A stretch of 64,000 bases of DNA, from the NCBI GenBank assembly GCA_016840095.1, contig JAEOSZ010000031.1, positions 32,001 to 96,000 of the forward strand. The letters run 5' to 3'. The position numbers and the translations under genes are program-made. Origin of the DNA: Candidatus Heimdallarchaeota archaeon. Lineage in GTDB: Archaea; Asgardarchaeota; Heimdallarchaeia; Heimdallarchaeales; Heimdallarchaeaceae. The notes beneath the pieces are model-generated. The model did not search any database and was not told the origin of the DNA. It saw nothing but the letters and a program-made list of their open reading frames with translations. Below, one piece after another: positions 9,932 through 19,853 of this stretch (positions within the stretch are counted from its first letter, which is position 1; the number at the start of each line of letters is the position of its first letter).

Positions 9932-11784
9932 GTGAAACTGTATTAACAATGAAAACCTTTGAAAAAGTTGAATTAACACTTGGAGTTCTGATTAACAAAT
10001 TGAACAGAGACTCACTTGAAGTATTAACCAAAAGAGTCAGCAGGTTTCTCAAATTTAGATTAAAAGCTTTATCAGTTGATGTTCTAGAAGTAAATACATT
10101 TCTATTCTTTACTTGTAGTTTTCCACTTACAGAAGTTGAAAATGAAGAACAAAGAAAATTGGTTGTTAACAAAGTTGAGCAGATAATACAAGAATACTGT
10201 AAGAACGAATGCGGTATGTATGCGAGACAAATCAGGAAGAATGTGGAAATTAGAGATATAACAAAAATGATAATACAGCTAGTTAAAAGCTCATCATCTG
10301 AAAAAGATAAATCTCTGATTGAAAATATAGTCAAAACAGCAGAAGATATAGATGATAGAGTCATACATCATGTAAGTGATGTACTCCAAAACAGCTTTAT
10401 TGCTATCTGGGACTTTCCTGATGATTCACCCGATATCATTATGTTTCCTGACCTAATCTTGAAAAGAGAAGTTAGTGATAAGAAACAAAACTATCCTCTT
10501 AGGTTAATAGCTGAAAACTTACTTATTATGCAATTTGGAAAAGCATGTTCTAACAATCTTTCGCCTATATTGAAATCTCTGGAAGAAGCCATACAAATGC
10601 TAGAAACTATGCTTCAAGATTCTGAAAAGATTAATTATATTGAAGACATGATGAGTAATAAGCTATGGAGAACACTAAGAGTGATTTTTGGCTTGCTATC
10701 TTCAACTCAACAAGTTGTTTCAGTGCAGTTGAAACAAATAACTAGAATAGCTCAAGTAAGAGATGATCTAGTTGATGAGGTTAAAGAACTTGATTACCCC
10801 CCATTGTTGGACTATTTGATGCTTTTGGATACAATAATGAACTGTTCAGACCATATTGAGCGTTTGAACTATCTTCAGAACAAAGTCAAACAGAACTATC
10901 AAACATTGTTGAATATTATAAACAAGTTCAAAGATGTACCAGACAAGGAGATTGAAGATGTAGAAGACATTTCTTTGATTTTCATCAAAGTATTATCAGA
11001 AATACAACTTATGAAATTCTTCTCAGATAAATTTAGAGATTTAGCTTATTTCCAAACAATTCCTACAGAAGTGTCTTTAGAAAAAGTTGAACAGATTGAC
11101 ATAGATAAGAACATCATTCTCAAGGGAGTAGCACTGTTCAAAACTTATCGTTTAGTTGGATCAACAGTTTATGCTCTGAGAGGAATAGATATAGAAATCA
11201 AAGAGGGAGAAATGGCTGCATTAGTTGGTCCGTCTGGAAGTGGCAAAACAACATTGCTAAACCTTCTATCAGGACTTGATACACCTAACAGAGGTGCAGT
11301 ATTTCTTTTAGGTAAAAACATAGATACAATGACAGATGCTGAAGTTTCTATGTTCAGAAGAAAAAACATGGGTTTCATTTTCCAATATTATAATTTGATA
11401 CCTCAGCTAACAGTACTTGAAAATGTTATGTTACCAGCTTTAATGATAAAGCGTCCTAGGAAAGAAGCGAAAGAAGAAGCAATAAAACTTATTAAAGAAG
11501 TAGGTTTGGATAGATTTCAAAATCAGTTTCCAATTAAACTATCTGGTGGACAAATGCAACGAGTTACAATTGCAAGAGCCATGATAAATGATCCAGCAGT
11601 ACTTTTCGCTGACGAACCGACTGGAGACTTAGACTCACAGACAGGTGAAGTAGTAATAGACTTAATCAAAAGATTTGCTAAAGAGAAAAACACAGCTGTA
11701 ATCTTAGTGACTCATGATCCAGATGTTGCAAAAATCTGTGATAGAGTAATCACAATGGGAGATGGAAGAGTAGTTGAAGCTTAA
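9928..11784 (+). CDS. LolD/MacB-type ABC ATPase with ~390-aa N-terminal domain of unknown function
   Basis: C-terminal [28 protein letters not shown]; N-terminal region soluble and largely helical; overlaps upstream gene by 4 bp. Confidence 0.85.
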   Translation: MSETVLTMKTFEKVELTLGVLINKLNRDSLEVLTKRVSRFLKFRLKALSVDVLEVNTFLFFTCSFPLTEVENEEQRKLVVNKVEQIIQEYCKNECGMYARQIRKNVEIRDITKMIIQLVKSSSSEKDKSLIENIVKTAEDIDDRVIHHVSDVLQNSFIAIWDFPDDSPDIIMFPDLILKREVSDKKQNYPLRLIAENLLIMQFGKACSNNLSPILKSLEEAIQMLETMLQDSEKINYIEDMMSNKLWRTLRVIFGLLSSTQQVVSVQLKQITRIAQVRDDLVDEVKELDYPPLLDYLMLLDTIMNCSDHIERLNYLQNKVKQNYQTLLNIINKFKDVPDKEIEDVEDISLIFIKVLSEIQLMKFFSDKFRDLAYFQTIPTEVSLEKVEQIDIDKNIILKGVALFKTYRLVGSTVYALRGIDIEIKEGEMAALVGPSGSGKTTLLNLLSGLDTPNRGAVFLLGKNIDTMTDAEVSMFRRKNMGFIFQYYNLIPQLTVLENVMLPALMIKRPRKEAKEEAIKLIKEVGLDRFQNQFPIKLSGGQMQRVTIARAMINDPAVLFADEPTGDLDSQTGEVVIDLIKRFAKEKNTAVILVTHDPDVAKICDRVITMGDGRVVEA

Positions 11785-13136
11785 ATTCTCTTCTTCTCAA
11801 TTTTCTTTATTTTTTTAACCCACTTTTCGAATTTATCTGGTGTTTCTGGATACTTTTGTGATAACCTTTTGATTCTTTCAGCAAGTAATAATCCCTTAGC
11901 AACTTTGAAGAGTAATTTAGGTTTTCTCATCCCTTTGATAATTTTCTTAAATATTGGTAATTTCACAGAATAGTCATACATTATAGCATCTACATCATCT
12001 TGAGAGATTATGCCTTTTTCAAACAGAAAAGAAAAATCACTGAAGGGAACGGAATTGAGTAATTTATGAACTGCAATTCCCAATCCTCCGTCGTACCCAT
12101 ATTCTTTCCAGATCCTGATATTATATCTCCATAGAAAACTTTCACTTACATCTTCATTCCTGATAGCTAACTCAATTGTTTCTGCAGCAAAATAAGCACT
12201 AATTAGTGCGGGACCATGTCCTTCGCCACTTATTGGATTAACAAGAGTTGCTGCATCTCCACATGTAACAAAACCATCACAGACCATTGAATACTGAGGT
12301 AAGCGTCCAGATAAAGTATCTCCAGCTCCATCTAAAACTTTAGAATCTGGAAAGATTTTATTTCTAAGTTGAGCCAAAATGAGTTTTGTATTTGAATCTT
12401 TATTCGTTTCATTAAGCAACCATCCAACACCAATATTAAGAGTATGTTCTCCTTTAGAGAATATCCAGAAGTAACCTGGTGGAGGCATCTCATCATGATA
12501 TTCTATTCTCATTTGTTTTTGATAGTTGTGAGGAGATGGAGTTTCAATTATTTCTCGATAAGAAACTATAGTCTCATATTTTGGTAATTTTGTTTGGAAC
12601 TTGTTACTTACTGATTCTGGTATTGTCCTTCTGACTATTCCAGTTACTCCTGAACAATCTGCAACAATCTTTGCATAGATATTAATGATTTTACCATCAT
12701 ACTGACGGACTTTACATCCAACAACTTTGTTATTTTCAACTATTGTTTCTACAGCTTTATGTTTGGATTTGAAAGAAACACTTGCATAATCTGTTAAGGA
12801 TTCTAATAGTCTTTGACCATATTCTAATCTGTCTACAGTTTGTGATTTGAAGTCGATTGAAAGTTCAAAATCACTTACAGGACGAAAATGTGCTGTAGCA
12901 AGATTCTCAGAAATTTCTTTACCTCTTGGTTGTTTTATTCCTGAGAGTTCGAATAGCCTTCTGGTAGAATTTGGACTTAAAGCATCTCCACAAGGTTTGT
13001 AACCAACATTCTTCTTAGGTTTCTGATCAATTAGTATTGTAGAGATATTCTTTTTACCAAGATTAATAGCTAAACAAATTCCAGCTGGACCAGCTCCAAC
13101 AACTAGTACATCAGTTTCCATATCTTGTTTCAGCAT
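11781..13136 (-). CDS. Geranylgeranyl reductase family protein (DGGGPL reductase-like)
   Basis: GAGPAG, KPCGD, PPPGYFWIF (PxxYxWxF), GDAA.LVNPISGEG. Confidence 0.85.
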   Translation of the reverse strand: MLKQDMETDVLVVGAGPAGICLAINLGKKNISTILIDQKPKKNVGYKPCGDALSPNSTRRLFELSGIKQPRGKEISENLATAHFRPVSDFELSIDFKSQTVDRLEYGQRLLESLTDYASVSFKSKHKAVETIVENNKVVGCKVRQYDGKIINIYAKIVADCSGVTGIVRRTIPESVSNKFQTKLPKYETIVSYREIIETPSPHNYQKQMRIEYHDEMPPPGYFWIFSKGEHTLNIGVGWLLNETNKDSNTKLILAQLRNKIFPDSKVLDGAGDTLSGRLPQYSMVCDGFVTCGDAATLVNPISGEGHGPALISAYFAAETIELAIRNEDVSESFLWRYNIRIWKEYGYDGGLGIAVHKLLNSVPFSDFSFLFEKGIISQDDVDAIMYDYSVKLPIFKKIIKGMRKPKLLFKVAKGLLLAERIKRLSQKYPETPDKFEKWVKKIKKIEKKRI

Positions 13137-13234
13137 TGAAGTATCAATGAATTTAATGGATTAAAAATCTTTCATACGGATATAATTTCAACTAATGATA
13201 TATCTTAAATATACAAATTGATACACATCCTCAA

Positions 13235-13696
13235 ATGGAATCAAATTCAAAAATGCAGTTCTACCAAGACATTATTAAAAAAGCTCATGACGCTTTTCGA
13301 GAATTTCTTACACATCTACCTGAAGATATTCTGGATTGGACTATACATGAATCATTGAATTCTGTTAGATGGATAGTTGAGCATGTGATTCATGATCAAA
13401 TGTGGATAGCCAATGTGATAATGGATAATTCAGAAGAAGGTTATCATTTTGAGAAAAGTATTAAACAGTATACCTTGGATGAACTCATTGAGAAATATGA
13501 TGATGTATTTATCGAAATTGAAGAGAAATTTACAGATCTCAAACGAGAGCATTTACTCGAAGCAAGAATGTATAAAGACTTCAGCATGACAGTAGAAGAT
13601 TGGCTCTATGAATATATCCATCATCTAAATCAACATAGTGGTGAGTTAGGACTGATTCTTTCTGCATGGAAAAGAAAGAAGAGATCACTAAAATAA
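13235..13696 (+). CDS. DinB/YfiT-like four-helix-bundle metalloprotein
   Basis: SVRWIVEH ... HHLNQHSGEL histidine pattern. Confidence 0.8.
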   Translation: MESNSKMQFYQDIIKKAHDAFREFLTHLPEDILDWTIHESLNSVRWIVEHVIHDQMWIANVIMDNSEEGYHFEKSIKQYTLDELIEKYDDVFIEIEEKFTDLKREHLLEARMYKDFSMTVEDWLYEYIHHLNQHSGELGLILSAWKRKKRSLK

Positions 13697-13703
13697 GTTA
13701 TTT

Positions 13704-14612
13704 CTATTTCTCAAGAAACTCTTCTGGTAATGCAGGTTCAATGTGAATTATTAAGTCACGAAAATCATCATCTTCTTCCAATTCAGCTTTAACTTCTTCA
13801 GAGATTTCATGGGCTTTGATTATTGACAATTCTGGATTAACTAAAATATGGAAATCTCCTGTATAAGCACCTAAACTTAATCTTAATCTAATGATATGAA
13901 CTTCTTCAACATGTTCAAACTTAAGTGCAGTTTTCTTTAGCTTTTCAACAACTTCCTGAGGAGGACCTTTGTCTAGTAACTCTGGTAGAGAGCTTTTTGT
14001 TATCTCAAAACCCGTATATAAAATCAGAACTACTATAACTAATGCAAAAGCTGGATCTAGCCACCATACATTAAGTTTAACTCCTAGATATGCAAATCCA
14101 ACAAACACTGAAGATATTGCGTCTGTTCTATAGTTTTTTGCATTTGCAATAAAAACAGGAGAATTCAACTTTTTTCCAATAGTCATCAATCCAAGATATA
14201 GTAGAATCTTTCCAGCAAAAGAAATAATAGCAGCAACTAAAATTAGAATGTCTAAATCATAAGATACTCCGGTAATTAGCTTCGAAATGGCATCATCAGC
14301 AATGAAATATGAAGAAAGCAACATTGTCGTTACTATAGCTAAACTCGAAATTGTTTGAAATTTGTGATGACCAAATGGGTGGTCAAAATCCGCTGGTTTC
14401 CTGCTTTTGCGTTCTCCAAAACCAGCAACAGTTGCAGAAACAAGGTCTAGTACAGAATCGAATCCATCAGCTATTAAACTGATTGAACCAAAAATGAAAC
14501 CTATGACTAATTTAAGAGTCATGAGAATTAGGTTTCCACCAATTGAAAGAATATTGGCCACTGCAGCTAAACTAAGTTTTACCATTAGAAACCAAATTTC
14601 ACTATTAAGCAA
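13704..14612 (-). CDS. Cation diffusion facilitator (FieF-like) transporter
   Basis: S.SLIADG.DS..D, PAD.DHPFGH, D..SS, C-terminal IHIEP dimerisation domain. Confidence 0.92.
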   Translation of the reverse strand: MLNSEIWFLMVKLSLAAVANILSIGGNLILMTLKLVIGFIFGSISLIADGFDSVLDLVSATVAGFGERKSRKPADFDHPFGHHKFQTISSLAIVTTMLLSSYFIADDAISKLITGVSYDLDILILVAAIISFAGKILLYLGLMTIGKKLNSPVFIANAKNYRTDAISSVFVGFAYLGVKLNVWWLDPAFALVIVVLILYTGFEITKSSLPELLDKGPPQEVVEKLKKTALKFEHVEEVHIIRLRLSLGAYTGDFHILVNPELSIIKAHEISEEVKAELEEDDDFRDLIIHIEPALPEEFLEK

Positions 14613-14674
14613 TAAACGTTTTGCTTGAACTGTAAGTTAGCGGTATTTAAAAATAATAAGAGAAGAAAAGAAAA

Positions 14675-16024
14675 TTATTTTCCTCCACTTATTCGAAGTG
14701 GAGAAAGCAACATCCATGGAGCTTCATGACCGCTACGACTTTCTGTTTCCTTACTCATATTCTCTATTTTATTAAAGAGTTCAAATATAGTACATCCAAT
14801 TACAGCATTCTTGATAGGATACTTTAATTCTCCATCTTTCACATAAAATCCTTGATTTATTTGTGCTGAAACTTGAGGATTGTCTCCACTTGAATGAATT
14901 GATGAAGACATCAAATATATGCCTTCTTTCATATCTGCAAGAAGTTCATCTTTTGACACTGCACCAGCTTTAATTTTCATTGTATATGGAGCTGGACGAG
15001 GTCTAGACGCAAATGAACCTCTTGATGCATGACCTGTGTTCTCTAATCCTACTAAAGGAGCAGAATATGAGTCTGTAATGTAGGTTTGAAGAATACCATT
15101 CTCTACAAGTGTAAGCTTCTTTGGTACAACTCCTTCGTCGTCAAAACCTGCTGAATCTGTTCCTTCTGGTATAAAGGGGTCATCAATTATAGTAAGCTTG
15201 TTTGAAGCTATTGAATCACCTATCTTATCAACAAAGAAAGCTGTTCGGTTAAACACACTAAAAGCACTAATTCCGCTTGAAAGAATCGGATCAATAGTTC
15301 CATAAGTACTATCAGGATCAAGCAGAATCGGTAATGAAGTTGTGTCGATTTTTTGAGAACCTAACATCTTTTTAGCCCTACTTCCTGCTTCTTTTCCAAT
15401 TTTCTTGTGTTTAAAATTCTTCATCAAAGTTGCTGCATCATAATAATAAGCATTACCAATGTCTTCTCCATTTTGGATTTTGACTCCTAGATATCCACTT
15501 ACTGATGTTTGAGAAGCAAATCTGTCAATACCTTCTGAATTAACGATATATCTCTCTCCAATACCTGCAGTAAAACTTCCACTTACAATAGCATCATCGG
15601 TTATTGTTGCTTCTTGTATAGCTTCAAGAATAAGTTCTGTAAACTCTTCAACGGAGATTTCTTCAATCGTACTATCATATCGTCCAATAATTGTAGGAGC
15701 TTCTCTAGTGTCAATTGGTAACGATTTGAAATTTGGATCTGGAGGGCTGACCTTTGCTAAAGCATAAGCATCTTTAACTGTTTTTTCGATGGAATCTTCT
15801 GTAAAAATTGTAGTAGATGCCATACCAATAGCCTTATTCTTAACGACTCGAATTCCTAAACCTGAATTACTTGTATCTGTAAAACGTCTAATTGAACCTC
15901 TTTCAATCTGAACACTTTTTGCAGATCCAAAAATAGTATAAGCTTCAACTTGATCAGCGCCAAGTGATTTACCTGAATTTATAACATGTTCTGCTAATGT
16001 ATGAAGATCATCTTTTGAACTCAT
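14675..16024 (-). CDS. pmbA: PmbA/TldE family protein (non-catalytic subunit)
   Basis: GLGIRV, FDDEGV, TGHASR; no HExxxH; adjacent to tldD. Confidence 0.88.
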   Translation of the reverse strand: MSSKDDLHTLAEHVINSGKSLGADQVEAYTIFGSAKSVQIERGSIRRFTDTSNSGLGIRVVKNKAIGMASTTIFTEDSIEKTVKDAYALAKVSPPDPNFKSLPIDTREAPTIIGRYDSTIEEISVEEFTELILEAIQEATITDDAIVSGSFTAGIGERYIVNSEGIDRFASQTSVSGYLGVKIQNGEDIGNAYYYDAATLMKNFKHKKIGKEAGSRAKKMLGSQKIDTTSLPILLDPDSTYGTIDPILSSGISAFSVFNRTAFFVDKIGDSIASNKLTIIDDPFIPEGTDSAGFDDEGVVPKKLTLVENGILQTYITDSYSAPLVGLENTGHASRGSFASRPRPAPYTMKIKAGAVSKDELLADMKEGIYLMSSSIHSSGDNPQVSAQINQGFYVKDGELKYPIKNAVIGCTIFELFNKIENMSKETESRSGHEAPWMLLSPLRISGGK

Positions 16025-17418
16025 TATTTTGTCCCTCCTACAACAAGATTAGAAACACCGAGATCAGGACCACCTGCAGAAACAGGAACCCATTGTCCGC
16101 CTTTACCACATGTACCAAGAAATTCCGGTTTCCATGGTTTACCAATTGCAAAGGTATTTTGTAAAACTTCCAAAGTCATTCCTGACATTCCAACATTTCC
16201 CATCATGTCTGTAATCTCTCCTTTTTCAATGAAATAGCCCATTTGACAAGAGAAGTAAAATTGACCTTTAGCTGGAATAACATAGCCACCATAAGATTTC
16301 TTCAAATATACCCCTTCTTTAGCAACTTCAGCAATTTCATCAATATTCATGTCTCCTCCATCAACATAGGTGTTAGCCATTCTTGCTTGTGGAGTAACGT
16401 TGAAGTTCATCGCCCGACCAGAACCATTTGGTTCCATACCCAAAGCAGTTGCAGTCTCCAAAGTGTGGAAGAATTCCTTTTGAATACCATCTTCAACAAG
16501 AACACGTTTTCGAGCTTTAGTTCCTTCGGAATCAAAATCAAAGGACCCTCTTAGACCTTTGAGTGTGGGATCATCATATACATTTACTCCCTCTACACCA
16601 ACTCTTTCCCCAATTTTATCTTCAAGTATCGAGGTTTTGGCAATAACACCATCAGCTTCACAAGCATGTCCAAAAGCTTCATGAATGAAAACGCCAGTAA
16701 GTGAGGGGTCCATAATAACATTCATTTTGCCAGAAGGAGGTTCCTTTGCAATCAATAGTTTTTCAGCCATAATTGCAGCTTTTAATCCTTCTTCTTCTGG
16801 ATCCCAATGCTCAACTAATTCCCATCCTCCAGCTCCTCCTGTTGAATCAAAAACACTCTGCATTTTTGTACCGTCTCTTCCAACTACATTTTTCATAAGC
16901 CGAATAACATGTGTTTCATTCTCAACTTTAGTTCCTTTGTTATTGATGATTATTTCTTTACCATGAGATTCTTGATAAGTGGAAGAGGACTCAGCAATTG
17001 AATCAGAATATTCTCTTGCTGATTTTTCTGTATTAACAACCTTTTCGAATTTTGTTTCTTTATCAATTTCTCTTGGATCAATTTCAACTGTTGTGGTTCC
17101 TTTTCCTTCAAAAACCCAACCATCTCCAATAGTTCTTTCCTGCTTTGCGTATTTTGAGCCAGCTTGTGCCATTTTAATTGCTTTATTAACAGCCTGCAAA
17201 ACAGAGTCCTTATCAGTTTTGACTATTGTTGTAAATCCCCAAGCATTATCAATTAAAGCTCTAATAGCTATGCCACCTGTAGTTTGATTACTCACACTAT
17301 CAAACCTACCATTTCTAACAGTGAAAGATTCTCCCATAGCATAAGCATATCGAACATCAAGAAAATCTTTAGATGAGATTGACACTTTGTTGATTACTTG
17401 TTCTAAAATGTCTAACAT
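16024..17418 (-). CDS. tldD: TldD metalloprotease
   Basis: HEAFGHACEAD zinc motif, RMANT, CGKGGQWVPV. Confidence 0.93.
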   Translation of the reverse strand: MLDILEQVINKVSISSKDFLDVRYAYAMGESFTVRNGRFDSVSNQTTGGIAIRALIDNAWGFTTIVKTDKDSVLQAVNKAIKMAQAGSKYAKQERTIGDGWVFEGKGTTTVEIDPREIDKETKFEKVVNTEKSAREYSDSIAESSSTYQESHGKEIIINNKGTKVENETHVIRLMKNVVGRDGTKMQSVFDSTGGAGGWELVEHWDPEEEGLKAAIMAEKLLIAKEPPSGKMNVIMDPSLTGVFIHEAFGHACEADGVIAKTSILEDKIGERVGVEGVNVYDDPTLKGLRGSFDFDSEGTKARKRVLVEDGIQKEFFHTLETATALGMEPNGSGRAMNFNVTPQARMANTYVDGGDMNIDEIAEVAKEGVYLKKSYGGYVIPAKGQFYFSCQMGYFIEKGEITDMMGNVGMSGMTLEVLQNTFAIGKPWKPEFLGTCGKGGQWVPVSAGGPDLGVSNLVVGGTK

Positions 17419-17487
17419 ATGAATTTTTCGTTTAAATTTGATATTATAAAGTTAATTGTAAAACAATAAACAAATCATCTTGTTAAG

Positions 17488-18513
17488 TTACTGCTTAATA
17501 GGAGCTTGAATCCCGCAATTTTTACATTTACCAATCTTTGAAAGCTGCTTGATTTTAACATTATAATATACTCTCTCAATTAGAGTTTGACCACAGTTCA
17601 AACAGAAAGTTGTGTTTATTTCTGAGTACGGAAGATTACCTGTGAAAACGTAGTTTAATCCCTCCTCTTCTGCAATTCTTCTAGCTTCAATTACAGTATC
17701 CACAGGTGTTGGTTTTACATGCTGCATTTTGTAATGGGGATAAAATCTGCTAAAATGAATAGGAACGTTTTCATCCAATTCGTTAAGAACCCACTGTGAA
17801 AACTGTTTAATTTCATCAGGAGAATCATTATAATCAGGAATGAGTAACATTGTTAATTCTATATGAACGCCTTCAGACCACATCTTAATAACATTCTGCA
17901 GAATATATTTCAGTCCAGGAAATCCTGCTACTTCTTTGTAGAAATCATCTGTAAAAGCCTTGATATCAACATTTGCAGCATCAATAATCGGCAATAACTC
18001 TTCAAGAGGTTTTGAATTAATCAAACCATTAGAAACAAGAATATTACCAATATTATTTTCATGAGCTAATTTACCTGTGTCTCGAATCCATTCCCAGTTT
18101 ATGAGTGGCTCATTATATGTGTAAGCAATTGTATCACATCTGTTTTTTCGAGTCATTTCAATTGCATTCTGAGGTGTAACCTGAATCAAATTATTGCTTT
18201 CTGCTGAGATTTGACTGATGTTCCAGTTTTGACAATGAGCACAATGAAGATTGCATCCTGCTGTCCCAAAACTCATTGTAGATGTTCCAGGTTTATAATG
18301 ATATACTGGCTTCTTCTCTATTGGATCAGCATGAACTGAAGTAAATCTGTTGTATCCAAGAGCGTAAAGTTTTCCATCAATATTTTTCCTAGCTTGACAA
18401 TTTCCTAAGCTATTTGGTTGAATAACACAATTTCGTGGACAAAGCACACATTGAACTTTCTTTCCCTCTTTTTTATCGTAATATTCTGCTTCAAATAATG
18501 ACAAATGAATCAC
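17488..18513 (-). CDS. AmmeMemoRadiSam-type radical SAM enzyme
   Basis: N-terminal C..CPRNC...C, DPIEKKP.YH, GCNLHCAHCQN, AYTYNEP, FSRFYP. Confidence 0.9.
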   Translation of the reverse strand: MIHLSLFEAEYYDKKEGKKVQCVLCPRNCVIQPNSLGNCQARKNIDGKLYALGYNRFTSVHADPIEKKPVYHYKPGTSTMSFGTAGCNLHCAHCQNWNISQISAESNNLIQVTPQNAIEMTRKNRCDTIAYTYNEPLINWEWIRDTGKLAHENNIGNILVSNGLINSKPLEELLPIIDAANVDIKAFTDDFYKEVAGFPGLKYILQNVIKMWSEGVHIELTMLLIPDYNDSPDEIKQFSQWVLNELDENVPIHFSRFYPHYKMQHVKPTPVDTVIEARRIAEEEGLNYVFTGNLPYSEINTTFCLNCGQTLIERVYYNVKIKQLSKIGKCKNCGIQAPIKQ

Positions 18514-18688
18514 TTAACACCCAATATGCCGATAGGTGAATAACGAGAGGTAAATTTGACTTTAAATCTGTCGATGATTGATGTTTTCTAAAATCTATAT
18601 TTTTGGTAAAAGATTAGTCTTAAAAAGATAAAGCACTCTATTTACAATTAAGATTAATTTGCTTTTAATCATTTTAAAATACAGAGGT

Positions 18689-19063
18689 ATGAAAATGGCA
18701 AAGACTAAAGAAATAAAGAAACGAAAATATTGGATTAATCCACATGTTCATTGTGGATGTGATTGTGGAACTAAAACCGAAGAACACGAAGAAGGATGTG
18801 CTGATATTGAAGATGAATATCGTCTGATATATGAGTTACCTGGAGTGAAGAAAGATAATATCTCAATCAAGGTAGTTAAGAACGGTCTAAGGTTAAATGC
18901 TATAAGAGACGAACATTTCGAATTCGTCAATGAATATCCTTTCTTGACAGAAGCTGATCCTGATGGAACTGTTGCACATTATAATGAAGGATTACTAGTT
19001 ATTCATGTTCCTATTATTGGTGATGATCCGTTCAAAAAAGTAGAATCAATTGATATAGGTTAA
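18689..19063 (+). CDS. Small heat-shock protein (Hsp20/alpha-crystallin) with Cys/His-rich N-terminal segment
   Basis: ELPGVKKDNI, A.YNEGLL.I.VP; GAGGT upstream of ATG at 18689. Confidence 0.85.
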   Translation: MKMAKTKEIKKRKYWINPHVHCGCDCGTKTEEHEEGCADIEDEYRLIYELPGVKKDNISIKVVKNGLRLNAIRDEHFEFVNEYPFLTEADPDGTVAHYNEGLLVIHVPIIGDDPFKKVESIDIG

Positions 19064-19155
19064 TCAATTTCTACTCATCTTTTTCTATTTTTCTTGTTAC
19101 TCTAATTTGAAGAACTGTAACCAAAAACTACAAAAGGCAGAGAATTGAGTAAACC

Positions 19156-19845
19156 ATGGTTACGGGTAGCATGACTGAGGATAAATCAGAAGCAAAAGAT
19201 TTGAATATTATTAAACTGAAGAAAGGGGAGACTGTAAATATCAGTAAAGCTTTAGGTTCAAATAAAAGGCTTGCTATTCTAAGAATCCTTTCTGAAAGTG
19301 AATTCAATTTATCTGAAATTGCACAAAAAATTGATAGTACTCCTCAAGCTGTATACCACCATTTGCAGATACTTGAGAAATCAAAACTAATCTATGTAGT
19401 TAGAGAAGAGAGCATCAAAAATATGGCTAAGACTATCAAGTATTACCGCGCAAGTTACCAACCTGATTCAATTAATCTTCTTCTTTGGGCTCCTCTTGAT
19501 GAATTAGAAACTACAGAACTTGAAGAAAGAGTGCCAATACCAGAAAGACCTGTTCAACGTATTGTTAGAAAGATGGCAGATAAGGTTTTCAAAGATGTAA
19601 ATGATTTCAAGATTGAACTACTTACAACTGTAGTTAAAGATATGATTGATTTGACCCATCACTCAATGAACACTTTAAAAGATGACTATGGATTAGAAGT
19701 AGATGAAAAACTTTGGAATTTAATGTTACTATTTTCAAATCTTTCAGTTCTAAATTCCGCAAAGAAAATGGCAGAAGATGGAGAATACAGAAGTAAAGTT
19801 AACGATTTACTATCTCTATTATATGAGGAAATAGAAGATATGTAA
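19156..19845 (+). CDS. ArsR-like winged-helix transcriptional regulator
   Basis: KAL....RL.IL..L.....LSEIA......PQAVYHHL..LE. Confidence 0.85.
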   Translation: MVTGSMTEDKSEAKDLNIIKLKKGETVNISKALGSNKRLAILRILSESEFNLSEIAQKIDSTPQAVYHHLQILEKSKLIYVVREESIKNMAKTIKYYRASYQPDSINLLLWAPLDELETTELEERVPIPERPVQRIVRKMADKVFKDVNDFKIELLTTVVKDMIDLTHHSMNTLKDDYGLEVDEKLWNLMLLFSNLSVLNSAKKMAEDGEYRSKVNDLLSLLYEEIEDM

Positions 19846-19853
19846 AAAATTTA

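Noticed and set aside
14675-18513. TldD/PmbA plus radical SAM as a RiPP gene cluster
   Set aside because: No precursor peptide or YcaO nearby; both families are widespread housekeeping genes in archaea
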